Of a stretch of 64,000 nucleotides of DNA, positions 49,200 through 60,132 are shown in pieces. This stretch comes from an uncultured Gemmatimonadales bacterium (GTDB lineage: Bacteria; Gemmatimonadota; Gemmatimonadetes; Gemmatimonadales; GWC2-71-9). Within the stretch, counting starts at the first letter, position 1. Each line of letters starts with the position of its first letter. The notes beneath the pieces are model-generated. The model was given only the letters and a program-made list of their open reading frames with translations, did not search any database and was not told the origin of the DNA. The stretch is taken from contig CAWHFW010000005.1 of NCBI GenBank assembly GCA_963828735.1, positions 2,112,001 to 2,176,000 on the forward strand, written 5' to 3'. The translations under genes and the position numbers were made by a program.

Positions 49200-49685
49200 A
49201 TGGATACCACGACGAAACAGGGAAAGAGTGCCGAGCAGCGGTTGAAAGAGCTCGGCATCGAGCTGCCGGAGCCGCCTGAGCCGTTTGGCAGCTACGTCGA
49301 AGCGGTGCAGACCGGCAACCTCCTCTTTCTGAGCGGCATGCTTCCCACCGAAGGTCGCGAGGCGAAAGTCATTGGGCGCGTCGGCGCGGAGCTCGATGTC
49401 GAAGGCGCGCGCACAGCGGCGCGGCTCGCGGCACACAACGTCCTCGCGGTGGCCAGGCAACACCTGGGGTCGCTCGACCGAATTACCCGAGTCGTCCGGC
49501 TGGGTGTCTCGGTGGTCACCTCGGGCGATGTCCGCGACCATCCGAAGGTCGCCGACGCTGCGTCGGAGGTGTTGCAGAACGTGTTCGGACACGAGAAGCG
49601 CCCGTGCCGACTGGTGTACGGCGTCGCCAGCCTTCCGCTCGGCGTCCCGGTCGAACTGGAAGTCATTTTCGAGGTTGCGCCCTAG
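49200..49685 (+). CDS. RidA/YjgF family protein
   Basis: GSYVEAVQTGNLLFLSG, VADAASE, GVASLPLGVPVELE. Confidence 0.9.
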   Translation: MDTTTKQGKSAEQRLKELGIELPEPPEPFGSYVEAVQTGNLLFLSGMLPTEGREAKVIGRVGAELDVEGARTAARLAAHNVLAVARQHLGSLDRITRVVRLGVSVVTSGDVRDHPKVADAASEVLQNVFGHEKRPCRLVYGVASLPLGVPVELEVIFEVAP

Positions 49686-49834
49686 GGCGCCGCCGAGAGC
49701 CACCTCGGCCGCATCGCCAGCGGCAACCACTGCTCATGAGGCATACTCGAACAGATCGTGGTTGAATCGCTGGTCCGGGATTTCAGGAAACCGTCACGTG
49801 AAGACATTACCCACAATTCGAAGGAGATAAGGCC

Positions 49835-50680
49835 ATGCCGAGGATCCAGACCACCGATGGCACCGAGATCTACTACAAGGAGTGGGGCAAAGGACAGCCG
49901 GTCGTGCTCAGCCACGGCTGGCCGCTCAGCGCCGACGCGTGGGATGACCAGATGCTGTTCCTCGCCGAGCGGGGGTACCGCTGTATCGCGCACGACCGGC
50001 GGGGTCACGGCCGCTCGGATCAGCCGTCGGACGGCAACGACCTGGACACCTACGCCGACGATCTCGCGGCATTGGTGAACACCCTGAATCTCAAGGACGC
50101 GATCCACGTCGGCCACTCGACCGGCGGAGGCGAGGTCGCACGTTACATCGGGCGACACGGCACCAAGCGGGTGGCCAAGGTGGTGTTGATCAGTGCGATT
50201 ACGCCGCTCATGCTCAAGACTCCGGGCAATCCCGGCGGCACCCCCATCGAGGCGTTCGATCATCTCCGCGCCGCCACGCTCATGGACCGATCGCAGTTCG
50301 TCAAGGACCTGAGCGCGACGTTCTACGGCGCGAATCGGGAGGGGGCCAAGGTCTCCCAAGGCCTGCGCGACCAGTTCTGGCTCCAGGGGATGCTCTGCGG
50401 CTTCGTCGGATTCTACGAGTGCATCAAGGCGTTCTCCGAGACCGATCTCACCGCAGATCTCGAGAAGATCGACGTTCCCACGCTCTTCATCCACGGCGAC
50501 GACGATCAGATCGTCCCCTTCGCCGACGCGGCGCCGCTCGCGGCCAAGATCGTGAAGAACGCGACACTCAAGGTGTACCCCGGCGCGCCGCACGGCCTGC
50601 CGTCCACGCTCAAGGACCAGGTCAATGCCGATCTCCTGGCTTTCTTCAAGGAGCCAGCGCGAGAGCCGGTGACGGCGTGA
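49835..50680 (+). CDS. Non-heme chloroperoxidase/arylesterase-type alpha/beta hydrolase
   Basis: [37 protein letters not shown]. Confidence 0.92.
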   Translation: MPRIQTTDGTEIYYKEWGKGQPVVLSHGWPLSADAWDDQMLFLAERGYRCIAHDRRGHGRSDQPSDGNDLDTYADDLAALVNTLNLKDAIHVGHSTGGGEVARYIGRHGTKRVAKVVLISAITPLMLKTPGNPGGTPIEAFDHLRAATLMDRSQFVKDLSATFYGANREGAKVSQGLRDQFWLQGMLCGFVGFYECIKAFSETDLTADLEKIDVPTLFIHGDDDQIVPFADAAPLAAKIVKNATLKVYPGAPHGLPSTLKDQVNADLLAFFKEPAREPVTA

Positions 50681-50734
50681 CCGGTGCGAGGTCGGAGATG
50701 ATCGCTCAAGACCAACTGAGGAAAGGCAGATACC

Positions 50735-51220
50735 ATGGTCCGGCTTAGCTCCGGCTCGCTGGCCGCCCTCGTCGCCGCCTCGCTCTGGCGCCCGCTGGCT
50801 CCGGCCGCCGTGGCCCAGGCCTCGGCCGACTCTGCGAGGCTGCAGTGGATCGTACCCCCCTTGCTTCCACCCGGTGCGCTCCTCGCCGTCGTCAGCGGCG
50901 ATCCCACCGCGCCCGGCCAGTCCACCATCGAGGTGAGCATGCCGGACGGATACCGGCTCCCGCCGCACTCCCATCCCAGCTTTGAGCACGTCGAGGTCAA
51001 GGAGGGTACGCTCCTGGCCGGAATGGGAGATCACCTGGATCCCAAGAAGACCCGGCCCCTGGCCACGGGCGATTCAGCCACCGCGCCGGCGGGGATGCAC
51101 CACTTCTCGATCGCCAAGGGCCACACCGTGTTGTTGGTGACCTTCACGGGCCCGTACACGATCACCTACCTGCGCGCCGAGGACGCTCCGCACCCACGAG
51201 TCTTCCCCAACGGCTACTGA
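50735..51220 (+). CDS. Secreted cupin domain protein
   Basis: AVVSGDP, PPHSHP..EHVEV..G, PAGMHH. Confidence 0.88.
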   Translation: MVRLSSGSLAALVAASLWRPLAPAAVAQASADSARLQWIVPPLLPPGALLAVVSGDPTAPGQSTIEVSMPDGYRLPPHSHPSFEHVEVKEGTLLAGMGDHLDPKKTRPLATGDSATAPAGMHHFSIAKGHTVLLVTFTGPYTITYLRAEDAPHPRVFPNGY

Positions 51221-51233
51221 GGCCGAATACAGC

Positions 51234-52892
51234 ATGCACGGCGTAGAGCTCGTCGTCATCCTCCTCGCGGTCTCGGCGGCGCTCCGCCTCGTGGCGCGGC
51301 GCCTCCACGTGCCGCATCCGGTGCTCCTGGTCCTCGCCGGCCTTGCGTTGGTGTTCGTGCCTGGGCTCCCGCAGGTGGAGTTCGAGCCCGACGCTCTGTT
51401 CCTTGTCTTCGTCCCGCCGCTCCTCTACTGGGCGGCGCTCACCAGCTCGGTCCGCGATTTCCGCGCGCAGCTCTGGCCCATCGTCCGCTATGGGACGCTG
51501 GTCGTGCTGCTCACGATGGCGGCCGTCGCCGTGGTGGCGCACGCGCTCACTCCCGAATTCACCTGGGCTGCGGCGTTCACGCTGGGCGCCATCGTGTCGC
51601 CGCCCGATCCGGTGGCGGCGATCGCGGTCCTCAGGACCATCGGCGCGGACCGGCGCCTCACCACCATCCTCGAGGGCGAGGGCCTGGTCAACGATGCCAC
51701 CGCGCTGGTGGCCTACCGGGTGGCCATTGGCGCCGCCGTCACCGGCGCCTTCTCCCTTGGACACACGACCGTCCGATTCCTCCTGGCCGGCATGGGAGGC
51801 GTTGCGGTCGGCCTCGGAGTCGGCTGGCTCCTCGGCCAGGTCCGCCGCCGGGTGCGCGGCTCTCCCATCGTGGAGAACACCATCTCCCTCCTCACACCCT
51901 TCTTCGCCTACCTGCCCGCCGAGTGGCTCGGGCTGTCCGGCGTGCTGAGCGTGGTGGCGGTCGGGCTCTATTTCAGTCGGCTGGGGCCGCGTATCGTTCC
52001 GGCCGCGACCAGGGTGCAGGCGGAGTCCATGTGGGTGATGGTGCAGTTCATCCTGGAGAGCCTGGTCTTCATCCTGATCGGGCTGGAGCTGCCCTCCGTC
52101 CTGCGGACGCTCCGGCACTACCCGCTGGGCACGCTCCTGCTCTATGGCGCGCTGATCACGGCGACCGTGATCGGCGTGCGAATCGTCTACACCGCTTTTG
52201 CCGCGTCGCTGATCCGGTGGTCTCGCCGGGGCACGCGAGACGCGGGGACGCCCAGCTGGCGTCAGGCCGCGTTCCTCGGCTGGGCCGGGATGCGCGGCGG
52301 TGACTCCCTGGTCATCGCCCTGGCGGTGCCGGTGATGACGGCTGCCGGTGATCCGTTTCCGGCGCGGGGGCTCATCATCTTCCTCACCTTCGTGGTGATC
52401 CTGGCGACGCTGGTGCTGCAGGGTCCCACCCTGGCGCCGCTGATCCGCTGGTGGGGCCTGACCGAGGTCGAAAGCGGCACCGAGGAGGCCCATGCGCGAC
52501 GGGTGGTCGCGGAGGCCGGACTCCGACGGCTCGAGGAGGAAGCCACGCGCGGCGGGGTGGATCGCGCGACGGCGCGCTACCTGGAGGCTACGTATCGCCG
52601 CCGCGTCCAGCGCTGGGCGGCCCGCGACCGGGAGCGACACGGCCAGCACGACGAGGACCACGCCAGGCTCGCCGGCATCGACGGCGGTCGGGCCGAACAG
52701 CTGGCCACGGCGTATCGCACGCTTCGCGCGGCGATGATCGATAGCGAGCGCAATGCCTTGATCAGCCTTCGCGATCAGGGCGTGATCGGCGACGACGTCC
52801 TGCGGCGGGTGCAGCGGGATCTCGACCTGGAGACGATGCTGCTCGAGTCGGCGGAGGACGGCGCGCCGCAGTCGCCGTATGAGCTGGACTGA
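51234..52892 (+). CDS. Na+/H+ antiporter, CPA1 family
   Basis: VPPLLY, VSPPDPVA, LEGEGLVNDATAL, WAGMRG. Confidence 0.93.
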   Translation: MHGVELVVILLAVSAALRLVARRLHVPHPVLLVLAGLALVFVPGLPQVEFEPDALFLVFVPPLLYWAALTSSVRDFRAQLWPIVRYGTLVVLLTMAAVAVVAHALTPEFTWAAAFTLGAIVSPPDPVAAIAVLRTIGADRRLTTILEGEGLVNDATALVAYRVAIGAAVTGAFSLGHTTVRFLLAGMGGVAVGLGVGWLLGQVRRRVRGSPIVENTISLLTPFFAYLPAEWLGLSGVLSVVAVGLYFSRLGPRIVPAATRVQAESMWVMVQFILESLVFILIGLELPSVLRTLRHYPLGTLLLYGALITATVIGVRIVYTAFAASLIRWSRRGTRDAGTPSWRQAAFLGWAGMRGGDSLVIALAVPVMTAAGDPFPARGLIIFLTFVVILATLVLQGPTLAPLIRWWGLTEVESGTEEAHARRVVAEAGLRRLEEEATRGGVDRATARYLEATYRRRVQRWAARDRERHGQHDEDHARLAGIDGGRAEQLATAYRTLRAAMIDSERNALISLRDQGVIGDDVLRRVQRDLDLETMLLESAEDGAPQSPYELD

Positions 52893-53014
52893 CCGACGGG
52901 GTTACGTGACCTCGCCCATTACACTTGGATGACACACCCGGACGAGCGACACCAGAGCAGGATTGACGCTCGCGGAAGCGTCGCCTATGCTCGAATCCGG
53001 TACCGGAGGAGACC

Positions 53015-53887
53015 ATGACGGACACCACGACCACGCTCGAAAACGCGAGCGCCACCGCCGCCCCCACACAGTTCATCAAGACCAAGCTCGAGACCTACGC
53101 CTACCGCCGCTTCGGAAGCGGATCCGCCCCACCGCTCGTCTGTCTGCAGCACTTCACCGGCACCCTGGACAACTGGGATCCGGCCGTCACCGACCCGCTC
53201 GCTCGCGGCCGCGAGATCATCCTGTTCGAGAGCGCCGGCCTCGGGCGCTCGACCGGTGAGGTACCCACCACGATCGCCGGAATGACCGCGCACTTGCTCG
53301 CCTTTGCCGATGCGCTCGGCCTCGCCAACGTGGATGTGCTGGGCTTCTCCCTCGGCGGCATGGTGGCCCAGCAGGCGGCGCTCGAGCGGCCCTCGCTCAT
53401 CCGGAAGATGTTGCTCGTGGGCACCGCCCCCGAGGGCGGCGAGGACATCATGCACATCGAGAAGCCGGAGCTCAGGCGGATCCTCGAGGACCGCACCCTC
53501 GCCGGCTACCAGGTGCTGGTGAAGCTGTTCTTCACGCCGAGCGAGGCGAGTCAAACGGCGGGCCAGGCGTTTGCCACGCGGCTCGCGGCACGGACCGATG
53601 ATCGGGAACCCTCCTCGGGCCCGAAGGTCGCGCAGGCCCAGGTGGCTGCGTTTCGGGGCTGGGAGCGTGTCGATGGGGAGCGTTTCACGAAGCTCCGGCG
53701 GATCACCCTGCCGTGCCTCGTCGTGAACGGCGTGTTCGACAACATGATTCCGGTCAGAAACTCGTACTTCCTGGCCGAGCACCTGCCCGACGCGACGCTC
53801 CTGGTCTATCCGGACGCGGGGCACGGCTCGCTGTTTCAGTTCCACGACTCCTTCGTGCAGCAGACGACGCTGTTCTTGGACTCGTGA
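53015..53887 (+). CDS. Alpha/beta hydrolase
   Basis: HFTGTLDNWDP, GFSLGG, YPDAGHG. Confidence 0.92.
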   Translation: MTDTTTTLENASATAAPTQFIKTKLETYAYRRFGSGSAPPLVCLQHFTGTLDNWDPAVTDPLARGREIILFESAGLGRSTGEVPTTIAGMTAHLLAFADALGLANVDVLGFSLGGMVAQQAALERPSLIRKMLLVGTAPEGGEDIMHIEKPELRRILEDRTLAGYQVLVKLFFTPSEASQTAGQAFATRLAARTDDREPSSGPKVAQAQVAAFRGWERVDGERFTKLRRITLPCLVVNGVFDNMIPVRNSYFLAEHLPDATLLVYPDAGHGSLFQFHDSFVQQTTLFLDS

Positions 53888-53922
53888 TCTCGCCGCGGAG
53901 ACGCGTACGGAGTCGACCGTCC

Positions 53923-53971
53923 GAACGCGAAATCGCCGCCGAGAGTCGAGGGCTCTCGGCGGCGACTCGCG
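53923..53971. repeat. GC-rich hairpin (REP-like or terminator), copy B
   Basis: TCGCCGCCGAGAG-N7-CTCTCGGCGGCGA between convergent genes. Confidence 0.75.
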
Positions 53972-54010
53972 TGTGCCTGCAGTGCGCCCCGGGGCTGTCA
54001 GACCCTACCG

Positions 54011-54727
54011 CTATTGCCGTTGCGCCCCGCCGGCAGTGGCCAGCCTGGCCTCGAGTTGCTTGAGCAACGCCCTGGCTGTCGATTCGGATGACGCGGGATT
54101 CTGCCCGGTGATGAGGTTCCCGTCCACCACGGAGTAGTCCGCCCAATCCGCCCCCTTCGAGTACTTCCCGCCGTTCGCCTTGAGCGCATCCTCCACCAGG
54201 AACGGCACCACGTTGGTGAGCCCGACCGCGGCCTCCTCGCTGTTGGCGAACGCCGTGACCGCCTTCCCTCTGACCAGCGGCGTCCCGTCGGGCGCCTTGG
54301 CGTGGCGCAGCACCGCCGGACCATGGCACACCGCGGCGACCGGCTTGCCTGCGGCGTACAGCTGCTCGATCAGGGCGATGGAATCCCGGTCGTTCGCCAG
54401 ATCCCACAGCGGCCCGTGGCCACCCGGATAGAAGATCGCGTCGTAGTCGCCCGCTGACATCGTCGAGAGCTTGACCGTGTTCGCCAGCGCACGCTGCGCC
54501 TCCGGATCCTTCCGGAATCGCGTCATGGCCGGCGTCTGTGCCTTGGGATCATCGCTCTTGGGATCGATCGGCGGCGAGCCACCCTTGGGCGACGCGATCG
54601 TGACGTCGGCCCCGGCGTCCTTGAGGACGTAGTACGGCGCCGCGAACTCCTCCAGCCAGAAACCGGTGGGTTGACCGGTATCGCCCAGCCGGTCGTGGGA
54701 TGTGAGTACCATGAGGACCTTTGCCAT
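54011..54727 (-). CDS. DJ-1/PfpI (type 1 glutamine amidotransferase-like, Hsp31-like) protein
   Basis: VLTSHD..G, TGFWLEE, PGGHGP, AVCHGP, TGQNPASS. Confidence 0.93.
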   Translation of the reverse strand: MAKVLMVLTSHDRLGDTGQPTGFWLEEFAAPYYVLKDAGADVTIASPKGGSPPIDPKSDDPKAQTPAMTRFRKDPEAQRALANTVKLSTMSAGDYDAIFYPGGHGPLWDLANDRDSIALIEQLYAAGKPVAAVCHGPAVLRHAKAPDGTPLVRGKAVTAFANSEEAAVGLTNVVPFLVEDALKANGGKYSKGADWADYSVVDGNLITGQNPASSESTARALLKQLEARLATAGGAQRQ

Positions 54728-55156
54728 CGCTCGACTCCGTGTGATTGCTGGTTCTACCTTGGCACGCGCTGCGGTGCGTGCCCGGCGCTCCATCGGAGCG
54801 CACTCCCATCTTGCAGGATAGCGCGGGTTCGCGGGGCAGCAACCCTTCCAGCGGAACCACGTTCTCAATGGCACGAGCATGACCGGTTGGACCCCGACGC
54901 ATCCCTTCACATCGAGGCACGCCACACGCGCTGCCGGCTGGGCGCTCGTGCGACCGCACACTGCAGGGGCCTGCATTGCGCGCCACGAATCGCGCGGCGA
55001 AGCGCGAGAGGGATGAGGTCATCCGCGCGTGCCTTTTTTTCCGACCGCCGGGGTAGTCGGGCGCCCACACCGGCTTACCCTCGAGCCCCGCAGCTGGCAT
55101 GACGAATGCGGCCTCGGCCAGGGTCCAGGCCCTCCACACCTTCGCCGGACCTATCC

Positions 55157-55639
55157 ATGCCAGATACTCCGCGTTCTCCCAGGCCGGATCCGTTGGCGCG
55201 CGAGGTGGACCGCTTGCTGGCCGGCCTCGCCAGTCGCGGAACCCAACCCGACCACGATGCTGCCCCGGGAAGGGGAGCTCCGACACCGAACAAGGCGCCG
55301 CGGCGCGCGGCGCGCCGCGGCCCACGCCCGACGGAAGCCGCGACCCGGCGCGACCACATCGCCCTCTGGGCCCGGGTGCTACTCGGCACCGTGCTCGGCG
55401 GAATGATGACGCAGTGGCCCTATCCCCACGGCTGTGGCCTGCCCCTCGCTGAATACCTCGGGGCGATCGCGATGGTTATGGTCGCAGGCGCCTGGATCGC
55501 GGTCGCCTCCTGGAGCCTCCGTAGCGCACCGAGCCACATCATTTCCCTCCTCCTCCTGCTCTGGGGGATTGCTCTCGCCGCGGGACAGGTCTTGCCGCGC
55601 ATCGGCTATGCGGCAGTGCGGTTGAGCTGGCACTGCTGA
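55157..55639 (+). CDS. Hypothetical membrane protein
   Basis: DPLAREVDRLL N-terminus; TMs with QWPY...CG and VLPRIGY...WHC. Confidence 0.7.
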   Translation: MPDTPRSPRPDPLAREVDRLLAGLASRGTQPDHDAAPGRGAPTPNKAPRRAARRGPRPTEAATRRDHIALWARVLLGTVLGGMMTQWPYPHGCGLPLAEYLGAIAMVMVAGAWIAVASWSLRSAPSHIISLLLLLWGIALAAGQVLPRIGYAAVRLSWHC

Positions 55640-55846
55640 TCGGCCTACGATAGACACCATCCAGACCAGATCACCCTGCCGGTGCTCCGATTTCCTGAAG
55701 GCGTGACGCCGCGGCGGTGACCTTCAGGGCGGCGTGGCAGGTCGGGTTCCCCGCTGACGCTGTCGCGCCCCGGATCCCGGCCACAGATTCAGGAGATCGA
55801 TAGCTACGGGACCGCACCACCACGGCCTACCCCGCGGAGCTTCGGC

Positions 55847-57454
55847 ATGCACGAGCAGGTCACTCTCATGCGCCCCGACGCGCGTGGCTCAGCCGCTCGG
55901 GGGATCTCCTCGGGATTCCCGACCGACTTGCTGGGCCAGGCCGCAGGACGCCTCCGCGTCCTCGCCTTGCTGTACGCGTTCGTCTTCTTCATGGCCGGAA
56001 TCTTCCCCGCGCTGCTGATTCCCGGAGACCGGGCCCGATATCTCGGAAGCATCCTGCAGTGGGGTCCTGGCGTGGCCGGGATCGTGGTCGCGCTGCTCGT
56101 CGCGGCGGTGATCAAGAGCCCGCGCCTTCCGCTGCCGGCGGCCATGACCATCGGGCTGGCGTTCGAGATCGTCAGCAGCTACACCATCGCCGCGGCAGAG
56201 TTCGGCGATCCTATGGGCCTCGAGATGCACCAGGGGTTCATGGGCCTCTCCTGGGTCGCGGTCTGGGTCGTGCTGTTCACGGTCGTCGTGCCGACCTCGC
56301 CGCGCCGGGCGGTCCTGACCGCCCTGAGCTCGGTCAGCGCCGTCCCCGTCCTCATCGGACTCCTCATCGCGTCCGGCGCGACCTCCCTCAGGTTGAGCCC
56401 GGCACAGTACTTCTTCGGGCTGGTGTTTCCTTACCTGCTCGTGGTGTGTATGGCATATGTCGGCGCCCGCGTCGTCTACCATCTGGGCACCGAGGTGAAG
56501 CGCGCGCGCGAGCTGGGCAGCTACTACCTGGAGGAGAAGCTCGGTGAGGGAGGGATGGGGCAGGTCTGGCGAGCGCGGCATCGCATGCTGGCGAGGCCCG
56601 CCGCGATCAAGCTGATCCGGCCCTCGCTGGCCGGGGATGGCCATGCCGGAGTGTCGGAGGAGGCCGCCCGCCGGTTCGAGCGCGAGGCCCAGGTCATCGC
56701 CCGCCTCCGCTCACCCCACACGGTGGAGCTGTTCGACTTCGGGGTGGCCGACGACGGCGCGTTCTACTACGTCATGGAGCTGCTCGACGGCCTCGATGCC
56801 GACTCGCTCCTCCGCCGCTTCGGGCCGACCCCGCCCGAGCGGGCCATCTACCTGCTGCGCCAGATCTGCCACTCGCTCTCCGAGGCCCAGTCGCACGGCC
56901 TGGTGCATCGGGACATCAAGCCCGCGAACATCTTCGTCTGCCGCTACGGCGAGGAGTACGACTTCGTGAAGGTGCTGGATTTCGGAATCGTGGGAGCAGC
57001 CCATGGCGGGGCCGACACGAATGCGGTGCAGACGCGGGAGAACGCGGTTCAGGGCACACCGGCGTTCATTGCCCCGGAGCAGGCGATGGGAGTCGAGCTG
57101 GACGGGCGCGCCGACATCTACGCGACCGGCTGCGTGGCCTACTGGCTCCTGACGGGGCAGCTCGTCTTCACGGCCGAGAACCCCATGGCGCTGGTGATGC
57201 AGCACATCCGGGCGCAGCCCGTGCCTCCGTCGGCTCGGACGGATCGGCCGGTTCCCCGGGCACTCGACGACCTCGTGCTGTCCTGCCTGGCCAAAGACCC
57301 CGCGCACCGGCCTCAGTCTGCCCGAGAGTTGTCGCGCCGGCTGGCCGAGGTCGAAGGTGCGAGCCCCTGGACGCAGGAGCGAGCGCGCGAGTGGTGGACG
57401 ATGCACCAGCCGGCGGGAGAATCGGGCACGCCGGTTCCTGCCTCAAGCCTCTAA
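55847..57454 (+). CDS. Ser/Thr kinase with N-terminal multi-TM sensor region
   Basis: About 6 TMs, then GEGGMG, AAIK, HRDIKP, DFG, FIAPE. Confidence 0.93.
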   Translation: MHEQVTLMRPDARGSAARGISSGFPTDLLGQAAGRLRVLALLYAFVFFMAGIFPALLIPGDRARYLGSILQWGPGVAGIVVALLVAAVIKSPRLPLPAAMTIGLAFEIVSSYTIAAAEFGDPMGLEMHQGFMGLSWVAVWVVLFTVVVPTSPRRAVLTALSSVSAVPVLIGLLIASGATSLRLSPAQYFFGLVFPYLLVVCMAYVGARVVYHLGTEVKRARELGSYYLEEKLGEGGMGQVWRARHRMLARPAAIKLIRPSLAGDGHAGVSEEAARRFEREAQVIARLRSPHTVELFDFGVADDGAFYYVMELLDGLDADSLLRRFGPTPPERAIYLLRQICHSLSEAQSHGLVHRDIKPANIFVCRYGEEYDFVKVLDFGIVGAAHGGADTNAVQTRENAVQGTPAFIAPEQAMGVELDGRADIYATGCVAYWLLTGQLVFTAENPMALVMQHIRAQPVPPSARTDRPVPRALDDLVLSCLAKDPAHRPQSARELSRRLAEVEGASPWTQERAREWWTMHQPAGESGTPVPASSL

Positions 57455-60132
57455 CGCGTCGTCCGCCGCCGCACCTCGCCGAACCAGTTCTCCGCCTCCA
57501 CTACCGTCGGCGCCGCGGACGCCTGCGCCGGCAACCGAGGCCGGTTGAACAGGAAGCCTCGGCCGTCCGGGAGCACCTCGTACGACTCGTGAAAGGCCTC
57601 GTCCAGGTAATCCGACGTACTCAGCACCGGCGTAAGCTCGGTCACCTCGAAGCCGCGCGCGGTCTCGATCCGCGCCGCGATCAACCGATTGGCGCTCTTG
57701 AAGTACAGCTCCCGCCCGTCAGGTGACCAGCGCGGCTGTATCCCGCCACCGTTCGAGACCTGCCATCGCCCGCCGGTCGTCCCTGGAAACGACCGGACAT
57801 ATACCTCCTGCGCTCCCGACTCGTTCGACGTATAGGCGAGCCACCTGCCGTCCGGCGAGACCGCCGGCTGCAGCTCGGTGAAGTTGTCTTCCACCAGGGG
57901 GACCGGCGTCGTATCGCCGCTGGTTCGGACGCCGACGATGTCGCCCAGGCCGGCCGTGCCGTTGTCGGTCCTCATCAGCAGCCAGCGCCCGTCCGGCGAC
58001 CAGGTGACCTCCTGCACCTGCCGGTCCAGCCGCGCGAGCAGCCGCTGCGGCGTGCTGCCGTCGGCGGGCCGCGCGTAGACGACGCTGGTGGTGGCCGAAT
58101 CGTGAATGAACCCGACCGTGCGCCCGTCGGGCGACCAGGCCGGTCGCCGGTTCTGTCCGCCGAAGGTGAGCCGGGTGAACGGCCCCCGGTCGAGCTGCTT
58201 GATCCAGATGTCCAGGTTGCCGGCCACGAGGCCGACGCCCACCGCGACCCGGCGCCCGTCGGGCGACAGCGCGAAGGAGTTGTAGGGCCCGTGCCAGGCC
58301 GTGTCGATCGGGGACACCGCGCCCTCGCGGGTCACTCGAACCAGCTGGCCCTCGTTGAAGGCGGCAGCTCCCTGCATGTATACCAGCGCACCCGAGCGCG
58401 AGACGGTCAGGTTGGCGGCACCGTTGCTGACCATCACACCCTCCAAGACCGGTACCGCGGGTCCCGTGAGCGCCAGCTTATCGAGATCGAAGGGCGCGAC
58501 CAGCGCCGTCCCATCCCGCCGCACGTACAGCAGTTGCCCGGCGGGGAGGTAAAGGCCCCCCGTCGCGTCGTCGACCAGAAGGCGCTGGTGACCGGTCCTG
58601 AGGTCGAGCACATGAAGGCTCATCCCCACGCAAGCCGAGGTGCAGGTGGTGAACACGACGCCGCGCGCTCCCGGGAGCCCCATGGGTAGGCCAATCCCCA
58701 GTCCCGCCAGTGTCTTGTCCTCCAGTGCGACCGTGCTGGCGCCGCCCTCGGCGCTCACCCGCAGGAGCGGCCTTCCCTCGAGGCCGGGCCCCGGATACAC
58801 CAGCGTATTGTCGTCCAGCCAGGCGACGCCGCCTTGCGTCCGGTCCGCCGAGTCAGCCAAGGTCACGGCCCCGCCCTCGCCGGGCCGGACCTTCTTGAGG
58901 CGCGTACCGGCCAGGAAGGCGATCCACTGCCCGTCGGGCGAGAAGGTCGGAAAGACGCCATCCTCCGTGCCCTGGATCGGGGTGGCCCGGAGCTCTCCGC
59001 GGCGCTTGAGCCAGATGCGTCCGCGGGTCACGGTGTCCACGATGGCGAGCGCGGAGCCATCGGGCGAGACCGCCAGCGGCCCGGCAATCGTGGAGGCCAC
59101 TAGCTCGGGGCCGAAGGCCACGTACCGCCAGGTCGTGGGGCCGCGCGAAGCCTGACTCCGCCAAGCCCATGCGGCGCCACCCACGGCGAGCACCGCGAGA
59201 ACCCACGGCACCGCGGCCACGGCGCGCGCGCGCACCGTCGCCATCCGTGTCGCGCCGGCAGGGACCCGGGAGGCGGGTGTCACCACCGTCGTGGCCCCCG
59301 GCCGCGCGAGCGCCTCCGAGAACAGGGCCGCCGTCGCGAACCGGTCCGCCGGCAGCTTCGAGAGCGCCGTCACCACCGCCGCCTCGACGTGCGGCGGGAC
59401 CGTCTTCCGCTGCAGCGTGAGCGAGCGCGGCTCCTCGGTCATCACCCGCGCAATGATGGCCTGCGCGGTGGGGCCGGTGAACGGCGGCTCGCCGGTGAGC
59501 ATCTCGTACAGCACGCAGCCCAGCGCGTAGACGTCGCTCTTGGACGTGATCTCGCGCTCGCCCATCGCCTGCTCGGGACTCATGTAGGCCGGCGTGCCGA
59601 GACTCATCCCGGTCTCGGTCATGCGCGTGCCGCCTTCGGAACGTGCGGCGGCCAGGGCGATCCCGAAGTCCGCCACCAGCGCCCGCCCGTCGTGCAGCAG
59701 GATGTTCTCCGGCTTGATGTCGCGATGGATCACACCGTGGCGGTGCGCGTAGTCGAGCGCATCGGCCACCTCTCGCGCGATCCGCACCGCCTCGTCCACG
59801 GGAAGCTGCTTCTCGCGGGTGAGCCGGACCCGGAGACTCTCGCCCTCCACGTAGGGCATGACGTAGAACACGAGCCCGTCGGCCTCGCCGGAGTCGAACA
59901 GACTCAGGATGTGGGGGTGCTGCAGGTTGGCGGTGGTCTTGATCTCGCCCAGGAAACGCGCGGCGCCCAGGATGGCCGACAGCTCCGGCCGCAGCACCTT
60001 GAGCGCGACCTTGCGGTCGTGGCGGAGATCGTGCGCGAGGTAGACCGTCGCCATCCCGCCTTGCCCCAGCTCGTGCTCGAGGCGATAGCGGTCGGCGAGA
60101 GCGGTCGTCAGGTGCCCGAGGTGTTCGGCCAG
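57451..60132 (-). CDS. Ser/Thr kinase with TM and PD40 beta-propeller; probable CTG start
   Basis: Kinase motifs; ALADRYRLEHELGQGG lies upstream of the first ATG; GGAG-N5-CTG at 60132. Confidence 0.9.
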   Translation of the reverse strand: MAEHLGHLTTALADRYRLEHELGQGGMATVYLAHDLRHDRKVALKVLRPELSAILGAARFLGEIKTTANLQHPHILSLFDSGEADGLVFYVMPYVEGESLRVRLTREKQLPVDEAVRIAREVADALDYAHRHGVIHRDIKPENILLHDGRALVADFGIALAAARSEGGTRMTETGMSLGTPAYMSPEQAMGEREITSKSDVYALGCVLYEMLTGEPPFTGPTAQAIIARVMTEEPRSLTLQRKTVPPHVEAAVVTALSKLPADRFATAALFSEALARPGATTVVTPASRVPAGATRMATVRARAVAAVPWVLAVLAVGGAAWAWRSQASRGPTTWRYVAFGPELVASTIAGPLAVSPDGSALAIVDTVTRGRIWLKRRGELRATPIQGTEDGVFPTFSPDGQWIAFLAGTRLKKVRPGEGGAVTLADSADRTQGGVAWLDDNTLVYPGPGLEGRPLLRVSAEGGASTVALEDKTLAGLGIGLPMGLPGARGVVFTTCTSACVGMSLHVLDLRTGHQRLLVDDATGGLYLPAGQLLYVRRDGTALVAPFDLDKLALTGPAVPVLEGVMVSNGAANLTVSRSGALVYMQGAAAFNEGQLVRVTREGAVSPIDTAWHGPYNSFALSPDGRRVAVGVGLVAGNLDIWIKQLDRGPFTRLTFGGQNRRPAWSPDGRTVGFIHDSATTSVVYARPADGSTPQRLLARLDRQVQEVTWSPDGRWLLMRTDNGTAGLGDIVGVRTSGDTTPVPLVEDNFTELQPAVSPDGRWLAYTSNESGAQEVYVRSFPGTTGGRWQVSNGGGIQPRWSPDGRELYFKSANRLIAARIETARGFEVTELTPVLSTSDYLDEAFHESYEVLPDGRGFLFNRPRLPAQASAAPTVVEAENWFGEVRRRTTR

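Noticed and set aside
55010..55040. Short hairpin followed by a T7 tract
   Set aside because: The stem is short and offset from the T tract, and no upstream + strand gene or RNA is evident.
55694..55728. CCTGAAGG...CCTTCAGG inverted repeat
   Set aside because: Single 8-bp stem with no U-tract or second copy; function unsupported.
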